This document shows positions 46,885-54,671 of a stretch of DNA of 64,000 nt, piece by piece. Made by a program: the position numbers and the translations under genes. The first letter of the stretch is position 1, and each line of letters opens with the position of its first letter. The DNA is taken from contig CAZYJW010000002.1 in NCBI GenBank assembly GCA_964647855.1, positions 308,399 through 372,398 of the forward strand, written 5' to 3'. Under the pieces are notes generated by a model. That model saw only the letters and a program-made list of their open reading frames with translations, had not been told where the DNA came from and made no database searches. The stretch comes from Candidatus Micrarchaeota archaeon (GTDB taxonomy: Archaea > Micrarchaeota > Micrarchaeia > Anstonellales > Bilamarchaeaceae).

Positions 46885-47906
46885 TGGCCGACACGTGCAG
46901 CCTCACCGGATTCGATTCCATAATAGACAACACGGTGCTTCCGCTCGCGCTTGTCGCGAGCTTCACGACCGCCATGGTGATAGCCATCACGTACGTGGTC
47001 AGCCAGGCGATATCGAACCCGAAGCTGAGCCTCTGGGCCAAGACCGAGGCCGTCCAGCTCGCGGTTTCTGCGGGAACGGTTTTCATGCTGATAACCGTCA
47101 TGAACACCTTCTGCACGGTTAAGATGGACGAGGTGGCGTCCCTTTTCGGGCTCACCTCGGCTCCTCTCAGCATCTATGACGCCGCCAACGAGTACCTGGT
47201 CCGCGCGGGCGAGTTCTCCATCAAGGCCCTCCAGGTCAGCAGGTACCACCTCGAGGCCTACAACGTCATGAGCGCCCTCAACGCATTCGAATGCGAGTTC
47301 GGCGGCGGGATAGGGTGCCTTTTCGGCTACTCGGGCACGAACGTCCAGCCCATGGGCGGCTACGGCGCGCACCAGGCGGCGATGAACATATTCTACAACT
47401 CCGCGATAATGTCCGTGATGTCCGCGCTCAATTTCCTCTTCATCCTCAAGTTCGTGTACAAGGGATTCGTGCTGATGTTCCTGCCCCTTGGAATATTCAT
47501 GCGGGCGGTGCCGTATATGAGGACCTTCGGCGGGCTCCTGATAGCCCTCACCCTCGCCTTCCTCATAGTATACCCGCTCCTGCTCTCGGTATTCTACCTC
47601 ATGTCGGACGTCCTGCTTGAGCAGCCGGCCGGTGCGGGCAATTTCATGGACGAGAGCGTCTTCGACGTGGACGACGCCGCAGGGGAGAGCGTCGAGGCAG
47701 CCGTGGCCGGCACGGACGCGGTCTGGGAGAACTACTTCCCGAACGACGACATGCCGCACGTGGCGATTGCCTTCGCGGCATATGCCTTCATAGCCGCGGT
47801 ATTCCTGCCCACGGCCGCCCTGCTCGGGACTATTGGGAGCATCGTCTACCTGACGCGGCTCTACGGCGAGGAGATAGATTTAAGCAGGATAGTTCAAATG
47901 GTGTGA
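46884..47906 (+). CDS. Paralog family membrane protein P5 (340 aa)
   Basis: LSLWAKTEAVQLA, FLPLGIFMRAVPYMRTFGG, LYGEEIDLSRIVQMV; TGATG overlap with P4 stop. Confidence 0.85.
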   Translation: MADTCSLTGFDSIIDNTVLPLALVASFTTAMVIAITYVVSQAISNPKLSLWAKTEAVQLAVSAGTVFMLITVMNTFCTVKMDEVASLFGLTSAPLSIYDAANEYLVRAGEFSIKALQVSRYHLEAYNVMSALNAFECEFGGGIGCLFGYSGTNVQPMGGYGAHQAAMNIFYNSAIMSVMSALNFLFILKFVYKGFVLMFLPLGIFMRAVPYMRTFGGLLIALTLAFLIVYPLLLSVFYLMSDVLLEQPAGAGNFMDESVFDVDDAAGESVEAAVAGTDAVWENYFPNDDMPHVAIAFAAYAFIAAVFLPTAALLGTIGSIVYLTRLYGEEIDLSRIVQMV

Positions 47907-47909
47907 ATT

Positions 47910-48965
47910 ATGGATTTCTTGCTGCCCCTCCTCTCGATAACGGACCTGACGATAAAGAACGACGTCACGTGGCTCAACCACTGGGCGCCGCTCTCGGCGC
48001 TCGCTGTGGCGACGTCGCTCGTCATCCACACCGCCTTCCTCATGGTGGCGAAGGCACTCTCGATAAAGGAGTTCGAGAACTACGCGCTTTCGGAAATCCT
48101 CCAGGCGCTTGCGACGGCGGTGATGATCGGCTTCCTGCTCGTGATGGTGAACAGCGCGCTCGAGCTCGCCCAGACCTACATCGCTGGCGACGTAGTATGC
48201 AACGGAAAGGCGCTCCACATAGGGCTCGGGGACGAGGCGGACTCCGTGATGGACGAGGCCTTCGACGCCATCCGCTGCAGGCTGCAGGAGAAGGCCGACG
48301 TCGTGGCGCAGATACAGCGCGACGTCACCACGAGCACCGAGACCTTCAACTACTTCAACCTCATGAACATCCAGGCCAGCCTGCTCGGAATCACCTTCCT
48401 CAAGGGCGAAGGGTTCAGCGACCTCTACAAGGAGACCGAGACTGTGAGGATAACCAACAACCTCGCCACGGTCATACTGATAGGCCTAAACGCCCAGTCC
48501 TCGGTGCTCCAGTACCTCAAGTACAACGCCCTCACGACGTTCATACCGCTGGGGCTGTTCCTCCGGAGCTTCTTCTTCACAAGGGGCGTGGGGGCGCTGT
48601 TCCTGTCCTTCGGCATCGGCATGTATTTCATATTCCCGGTCTTCTACGTCCTCCTCGACCCCAACTTCATCCCGGCCCCGCCCGTCGCCGAGGGGACCGG
48701 CCAGGCCGACATCCCCCAGCCCTACTGCTACGCCACGATGTCGAGCACGGTCTCGGTCATACAGACCCTCGAGGCCGGGGGGCTCGGCACCACCGCGGTG
48801 CTGAAGAAGGAGAACATCAGGGACGAGCTTTCCAAGTCGTATGTGGAGCTGATGCTCCATCCCCTCGTGGCGTTCTTCCTCACGATGACATTCATAAGGT
48901 ACATGATGACCGTCCTGGGCTCGGACTCGTACGAGCTCGTGCGCATGGTCAGCAAAGTGGTTTGA
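47910..48965 (+). CDS. Paralog family membrane protein P6 (351 aa)
   Basis: FENYALSEILQAL, FIPLGLFLRSFFFTRGVGA, VLGSDSYELVRMVSKVV; next gene starts at the nucleotide after its stop. Confidence 0.85.
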   Translation: MDFLLPLLSITDLTIKNDVTWLNHWAPLSALAVATSLVIHTAFLMVAKALSIKEFENYALSEILQALATAVMIGFLLVMVNSALELAQTYIAGDVVCNGKALHIGLGDEADSVMDEAFDAIRCRLQEKADVVAQIQRDVTTSTETFNYFNLMNIQASLLGITFLKGEGFSDLYKETETVRITNNLATVILIGLNAQSSVLQYLKYNALTTFIPLGLFLRSFFFTRGVGALFLSFGIGMYFIFPVFYVLLDPNFIPAPPVAEGTGQADIPQPYCYATMSSTVSVIQTLEAGGLGTTAVLKKENIRDELSKSYVELMLHPLVAFFLTMTFIRYMMTVLGSDSYELVRMVSKVV

Positions 48966-51900
48966 ATGAACAGACAACTCGCCGCCCTGGCAATTTTGGC
49001 CGTCATCCTTTCGGGCTGCCTCCAGCCCGCGACGAAGCTCGGATGCTGCCTCAAGGAGAACGCGACCGACAGGGACGGCTGCGTGCTCTACAACGACAGC
49101 TCCGACCAGATACTCGACTGGACCGGGAAGACGAACCTCGAGGCGGACGGCCAGAAGTGCAATGTCACCGGCAACTACTGCAACGTCACGTTCGACGACG
49201 ACCAGCCGGGCTACCTGATACCGGTATGCACCGAGGCGGACATTCTCTCGTGCAGGCAGCCGGACTGCCTCGCGATGGTCTGCGGCGACTTCAAGTTCAA
49301 GCCGCCGGTCGCCCCGGGCATCACCGCCGAGGGCGACGACGTGAAGACCGACGTGCCGGCGGACACCCAGGAGGAGTCCGCCATGCAGTTCTTCCACGCC
49401 CAGTGCAGGTTCCTCCCGATGGACGGCAAGCTCAAGAAGATAATGAAGAGCTCGAAGTCCACCATAAACGTTTTCAGGTGGGGCGTGGGCAACTCATTCG
49501 ACGAATACGAGCAGTACAGGTACTATTTCCCGATGTCCGACAAGTTCTGCGCGGTGAATCCGCCCCGCGAGAACGAGCTTCGCGTGGACAGGTACATGAA
49601 CTACCTCAATCCGACCACGAAGGCCGCCTGGGACCCCATCGCGGGCATAACATCGAACTGCATCGAGGACGACGCCAGCGCTCCGCCCCCTTTCAGCTAC
49701 GACGAAAGCGGCAGGGGTGTCACGACCGGCACGTTCACGGGAATCGGGGGCGGCGTCAGCTACAGCTATTTCGGGGTGACGAAGGACAAGAGCAACTACA
49801 AGTTCGCGCACTGGGGGCGCGTGGATTATGGCGAGGTCGAAGAGTCGTATTTCACCGGGTATTCCCTCGCTTCGCCCTTCTTCAGCTCCTTCAGCGTCTA
49901 CAAGAAGATAGACAACTCATACTACAAGAAATGGCTGTCCATTACGTCCGCCTCGACCATCTACGGCCTCAGCACGACGCTCACGAACACCACCCGCGCG
50001 CCTTTCGAGTGCGACCTTTCGAGCATAGACTGCTATTCGGGCATCTGCTCCACCACCACCTACAACCGCGTGGTGATGCTCACGCCACCCAATTCCAACG
50101 GCGTGCAGGAGGAGGTCGTGACTGACTGCGAGAGCTACACGGACGAGAACCTCATAACCAAGCTCGTCTGCGCGCCGACAAAGAGCGTCACGATAACCGG
50201 GCCGAACACGGCGCCAACGAGGACGTATGCCAAGATAGACGCGAGGGTCGTCCATGTGGACGGACTGAGCAGGTTCGAGAGCGTGAACGCGGCCTGCGGG
50301 ATATTCGATAGCCAGCACCTCGACAAGTTCGTGGACTGGGAATACATGGGGGGCTGGGGATACGGCGCTCCGTGGGACGACGTGCAGTGCCCGAACGTCA
50401 TGTCGAGCAACTTCTTCACCGCTGCCCAGGCCAAGTTCGACGTGGGGCAGATAACCAACACCGCGACGGGCTACATGACATACTTCAACGGGACCGACGG
50501 GCTCTGGTACAACCAGTTCCAGGAGGCGTCCGCGGGCCCGCCGGCCGGAGGGGCGCTGTTCTTCGGATACACCGACCCCGAGGCTTCATACGGAGGCAAG
50601 ACGGTGATAGGCTACGCCCTCGCTACGCAGGACGAGGTCGACGACCTTCTTGTCGTGAAGAACTGCGAGATGGTCTCCGGCGTGGATTATGAGATTGTTT
50701 CGGTGCCAGACGACCTCACCCAGTGGGGCGCGCTCAAGAACGCCTTCACGGGATATTTCAGGCAGAGGTATTCGGGCATGAAGGCGGTAAGCACCGGCGA
50801 CAGCTGCGGCGCGGTGTCCTGCACGCTCTATGAGGACGCGCCCCAGATGGCGTGCGCCTACTTCCCTGACTTCTTCTTCGCCGGTCTTCCGTGGGTGGTC
50901 ACGATGGACAAGCAGGCCCACCCGAACTACTGGGGGGGGAACCCGACACAGGGCATCCTTCTTAACAACGAGATACAGATGGGCACGAGGAAGATCAACA
51001 GGTTCAGCGAGAACATGGTGATAACCGGCGGGGCGGACACATGCACCCTCAGGAGGATGCACTCCGGATGGTATTCCACCGCCTCCAGGGAATCCGACGA
51101 CACCAACTACTACATCTGGCTCACCTACCAGAAGCCCACCTACGACCTCCTCTACAGCAAGAAAATCGCCCTGTTTTACGACGACGGGGACGGCATGATA
51201 GGCAAATGCGCGATAGACGGCTCCACGGGCCTGCCCCAGGTCAGGACGTTCGGCTGGTGCGAGCCGTGCACGACGTCCACTATCGCCTACCAGTTCATAT
51301 CGACGCGCGGTGAGGGGCTCTACATGCCGGCGGCGATAGCGGAGATAGAGGGCGGCGGAAACGCTGATGTGACCGCGCTCGAGAAGAGGGTATGCACGGC
51401 AACCGGGGGCGAGATACAGTGCGCCAACAACCTGATAACTTCGGCAAACGATTTTAGCATCGGGGACGGGGAGGTGCCGCTGAATCCCAGGACCTACCCC
51501 GAGGCTTCGGTCCTCAAGGAGAGGCTGGGCAACTACATGAAATCGGGCGTCCTGCCGGTGCTGGACCTGAGCGTCGATGACAACTGGGTGGCGGACGAGG
51601 AGACCGGGAACGTCTGGGAACTGCTCTTCGGGGACGACGGCGGGGACGGCTCCGCGCCCGCCGAGTACGACTTCCAGCGCCTTGTCGGCAACATGGGCGC
51701 GGCGGTGGTCATCGTGGAGCGGGTTGACAACGAGACTGACGCGGAGGCCAAGGCGCAGAACATCAGCGACAGGAGCTCCGCGGTGAGGAGCCGCTGCTAC
51801 GGCTGCCTGACCGCCTTCCATGTCAATTCGCCGGAGAGCAATACCAGCTTCCACGACACGGCCCATGCCGTGTTCTCCACGAACTTCGCGAGCAAGTTCA

Positions 51901-52955
51901 CGGTCGACATGGTCACCTTCGACTATCCCATATCGGACCATACCGGCATGCTGCCCGCGATGGGAAGCGCAATCCTCGCGCAGGACCCCTCCGCCAACCT
52001 CACGTACAACTACAGCCAGATAATCGCGGATGACATAGCAAGCTATTCCAGGGGCATCCTCAAGGCCGAGAACAAGCCCACGATGCTCGTCGGGCTCAAT
52101 CTCGACAGCGACGACTCTGTGATGACCGCGTCCAGGTACAAGGCGCTCTTCGACGCCATCGCGCTAAACCAGGATGATTACGTGAAGGCGGGCCTGATAG
52201 GCATAATATACTCTCCGGCCAGGCAGCAGACGATACTGACATTCGAGATGGACGAGGTCGGAATCGTCGACATGGAATTCGAAGATGACGACATCTTCGG
52301 CCTGAATGGCTATGGCGTCAAGAACGACAAGTTCTGCGCGCTCCAGGGCGCGATGCAGAAGCTCACCGCCGCCCCTCCCGTGGCTGTCTATGTGCGCAGC
52401 AACGCGGTGAACGACAGCGAGTGCATACCCTGCCTCAGCCTCGAGAAGTCCCAGGGCCAGTGCGACGCAGACGCCCTGATGTGCGACAACGGAATCCACT
52501 GCACCCCTCCCGGCGGCCTCAGCCTGTCCGATATCGAGGGCGCCTTCAGGTGCCAGCCCGAAACGATTGTGGACGACCCCGCGGGCGAGCGCTGCACCCT
52601 GTGCAAGGACATCCCCGGCACATACACCTGCACGTTCAGGTACGCGAACGGCTCCATAGAGACGCAGAGCGGGAGCATGGCGGTTCTCGAATCGGACGCA
52701 TACCTCGACATCCTTGCGGGCATCGAGCGCCCCTACAAGTGCTGCCTGGCCGACAGCTACGACCAGAGGCATTCCTATGTAAAGAGGTCCTCGGAGTCCC
52801 TCGTCAACGTGCCCATAGCCTTCTCCAAGACCGGGGACGAGGAGGTCGACTGCGGCATGAGCAGCAGCATCGGCGCGATTACCGAGGCCCAGGAGTTCTG
52901 CAACGTCGAAATCCCGATAAGGAATTACGATGTGACATGCACGATAAGTGGTTGA
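48966..52955 (+). CDS. Giant (1329 aa) Cys-rich, aromatic-rich lipoprotein-like exoprotein
   Basis: Signal peptide with lipobox-like AVILSGC; many Cys and N-x-S/T sequons; no further TM; GC3 bias; no family recognised. Confidence 0.85.
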   Translation: MNRQLAALAILAVILSGCLQPATKLGCCLKENATDRDGCVLYNDSSDQILDWTGKTNLEADGQKCNVTGNYCNVTFDDDQPGYLIPVCTEADILSCRQPDCLAMVCGDFKFKPPVAPGITAEGDDVKTDVPADTQEESAMQFFHAQCRFLPMDGKLKKIMKSSKSTINVFRWGVGNSFDEYEQYRYYFPMSDKFCAVNPPRENELRVDRYMNYLNPTTKAAWDPIAGITSNCIEDDASAPPPFSYDESGRGVTTGTFTGIGGGVSYSYFGVTKDKSNYKFAHWGRVDYGEVEESYFTGYSLASPFFSSFSVYKKIDNSYYKKWLSITSASTIYGLSTTLTNTTRAPFECDLSSIDCYSGICSTTTYNRVVMLTPPNSNGVQEEVVTDCESYTDENLITKLVCAPTKSVTITGPNTAPTRTYAKIDARVVHVDGLSRFESVNAACGIFDSQHLDKFVDWEYMGGWGYGAPWDDVQCPNVMSSNFFTAAQAKFDVGQITNTATGYMTYFNGTDGLWYNQFQEASAGPPAGGALFFGYTDPEASYGGKTVIGYALATQDEVDDLLVVKNCEMVSGVDYEIVSVPDDLTQWGALKNAFTGYFRQRYSGMKAVSTGDSCGAVSCTLYEDAPQMACAYFPDFFFAGLPWVVTMDKQAHPNYWGGNPTQGILLNNEIQMGTRKINRFSENMVITGGADTCTLRRMHSGWYSTASRESDDTNYYIWLTYQKPTYDLLYSKKIALFYDDGDGMIGKCAIDGSTGLPQVRTFGWCEPCTTSTIAYQFISTRGEGLYMPAAIAEIEGGGNADVTALEKRVCTATGGEIQCANNLITSANDFSIGDGEVPLNPRTYPEASVLKERLGNYMKSGVLPVLDLSVDDNWVADEETGNVWELLFGDDGGDGSAPAEYDFQRLVGNMGAAVVIVERVDNETDAEAKAQNISDRSSAVRSRCYGCLTAFHVNSPESNTSFHDTAHAVFSTNFASKFTVDMVTFDYPISDHTGMLPAMGSAILAQDPSANLTYNYSQIIADDIASYSRGILKAENKPTMLVGLNLDSDDSVMTASRYKALFDAIALNQDDYVKAGLIGIIYSPARQQTILTFEMDEVGIVDMEFEDDDIFGLNGYGVKNDKFCALQGAMQKLTAAPPVAVYVRSNAVNDSECIPCLSLEKSQGQCDADALMCDNGIHCTPPGGLSLSDIEGAFRCQPETIVDDPAGERCTLCKDIPGTYTCTFRYANGSIETQSGSMAVLESDAYLDILAGIERPYKCCLADSYDQRHSYVKRSSESLVNVPIAFSKTGDEEVDCGMSSSIGAITEAQEFCNVEIPIRNYDVTCTISG

Positions 52956-52956
52956 C

Positions 52957-53301
52957 ATGGGGCTTGGCGACCTGATTGGGAACATGCTCAAGGGCAAATC
53001 CGGCGGGGCGTCCGGCAGGAAGGGGCAGGCCCAGGCGTGCCCGAACTGCGGGGAGAAGGTCAACCTGAGCATGGAGCGCTGCCCCAAATGCGGCGTGCGC
53101 ATAAAAAGCATGTTCAGGCGCAAATGCCCCAGGTGCCAGGGCCTTGTCGAGCTGGACGCGAAGAAGTGCCCCAAGTGCTTCTACAGCTTCGAGGCGGAAT
53201 TGGAAAGGGCTAATAAAACCTTTTATGTATGTCCAATATGCGGGTTCAAGATGGAGGCGTTGCTGACGCGCTGCCCCGCGTGCAACACCCGATTCATGTG
53301 A
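52957..53301 (+). CDS. Triple zinc-ribbon protein (114 aa)
   Basis: CPNC..CPKC / CPRC..CPKC / CPIC..CPAC, three CxxC-N(10-14)-CxxC units; ATG is 2 nt after the giant ORF stop. Confidence 0.7.
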   Translation: MGLGDLIGNMLKGKSGGASGRKGQAQACPNCGEKVNLSMERCPKCGVRIKSMFRRKCPRCQGLVELDAKKCPKCFYSFEAELERANKTFYVCPICGFKMEALLTRCPACNTRFM

Positions 53302-53305
53302 GCAT

Positions 53306-53875
53306 ATGACTTCAGAATCCTTCAAGCAGGCCGAGAAAAAGCCCGAAATCGAGGCTCCGAAAAAGAAGTTCATCCATCTCCTCGACGAGGAGGAGGTCGA
53401 GATAAAGAAGCTCGACTCGGAGGACATCGAGGACTGCGTCAAGGTCATGCGCAAGTGCGCCTTCGACGTCACGGAGGTCGAGGTCGGGAACATCGTCGCC
53501 TACGGCAAGAGCTTCGGGGCGACCGTGAACAGGATGCTAGTCGGCGTTGGGCTCGCGTGGCCCGCTAAGCTCGACCTCGAGAGCAAGAGGATAACGAGCG
53601 GCGAGGCGAACGCGCTCTATATGGAGGACCCCGCGGTCCTGCTCGCCTACGAGGGCAGGGGCGTGCGCCGCATCCTGCTAGCCGAGAGGGAGAAGGAGGC
53701 CGTCCGCTCCAGCCTAAGGTATTCCATAGGATACCTCTACGAGGACATACCCAAGGGCGACATCGCGAGCTACATCACTGAGGCGGGAAGCGCCCTCGAG
53801 AAGCTGTATCTGTCCGAGGACTACCAGTTCTTCCGCACGGAGAAGGGAATCCTCGCCTTCAAGAAAATCTCCTAG
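53306..53875 (+). CDS. GNAT-like acetyltransferase-fold protein (189 aa), tentative
   Basis: LAYEGRGVRRILLAE resembles GNAT motif A (Q/R-x-x-G-x-G/A); last gene of the coupled operon. Confidence 0.4.
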   Translation: MTSESFKQAEKKPEIEAPKKKFIHLLDEEEVEIKKLDSEDIEDCVKVMRKCAFDVTEVEVGNIVAYGKSFGATVNRMLVGVGLAWPAKLDLESKRITSGEANALYMEDPAVLLAYEGRGVRRILLAEREKEAVRSSLRYSIGYLYEDIPKGDIASYITEAGSALEKLYLSEDYQFFRTEKGILAFKKIS

Positions 53876-54539
53876 GGCGCCTCTTCCCACCGGGCCTTGG
53901 CTTCTTTTTCGCAGCCCCCTTCATTGCGGAGGGGGCTTTCCGGGCCTTCGCACTGCGCGATGCGGAATCCGCCTTGGACCGCCCGGGTTTCCGCGGGAAG
54001 CGTGCCTGCCTGGCCATAGAGGATGACGGCTTGTCCCAGTTGGGGAGCCGGAGCTCCTTGGCGAGGAGGCGCACCTCGGCCTTCGTGAGGTTGCTTTCTA
54101 GGAGGGGGCTGCGGACTCCGGCGGCCTTCGCCATTAGGTAGCTGTGCCCGCGCTCGCAGGCGTCGTCAGTATGGGACCCGTCGAGGACGTTCTTGAGCTG
54201 CATCCGCATCGCCACGGACTTCATAGTGCTATAGACATTCGAGCCCCGGACCGGCCGGGCCTCCCTGGGCCGCGGGGCCTCGATTACCAGGTGCCGGACG
54301 CCTATTATCTTCGCGACGCGCTTCGCCACCGAAAGCTCGCTGCGGGGGTAATTGTCAGAGAGCGTGGTCACGGCCACGGCCTTTTCGCCGAGCTCGTCCC
54401 TGCAGATCCGCATCAGGAAACTGCTGTCGACGCCGCCAGAGAACGCCACAAGGGCGCTGTCGAGCTTCCTTATCCTTTCCCTGAGCGTGGATAGTTTCCG
54501 CTCGAGCCGCCTGTCCATGGGTTTTGATTTGACGCGCAT
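53859..54539 (-). CDS. PP-loop ATP pyrophosphatase (LarE/TIGR00268-like) with Lys/Arg-rich C-terminal tail
   Basis: ALVAFSGGVDSSFL PP-loop; DGSHTDD; ~65-aa basic tail; 3' end overlaps the convergent 53306 gene by 17 nt. Confidence 0.65.
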   Translation of the reverse strand: MRVKSKPMDRRLERKLSTLRERIRKLDSALVAFSGGVDSSFLMRICRDELGEKAVAVTTLSDNYPRSELSVAKRVAKIIGVRHLVIEAPRPREARPVRGSNVYSTMKSVAMRMQLKNVLDGSHTDDACERGHSYLMAKAAGVRSPLLESNLTKAEVRLLAKELRLPNWDKPSSSMARQARFPRKPGRSKADSASRSAKARKAPSAMKGAAKKKPRPGGKRRPRRFS

Positions 54540-54671
54540 GATTATAACCTTGCCTGGGGGATTTCCGGGATTGCAGCATTACTGTTATAAAAAATGTTTA
54601 AAAAAGAATCGTTTGCCGCCCGCAGGCGTGCGCATGGGAGAATATATAACATTTCCCGGGGGAATGCTGCC

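Noticed and set aside
47903-50125. 740-aa plus-strand ORF overlapping P6 and the 1329-aa gene. Similar long ORFs are 46332-47759(-), 50586-51941(-), 48486-49397(-), 52164-53174(-), 43804-44664(+) and 41631-42698(+)
   Set aside because: All are off-frame or antisense to the paralog and giant genes, whose frames show TM helices, shared family motifs and GC3 bias. The rejected translations are Arg/Gly/His/Pro-rich with no structure.
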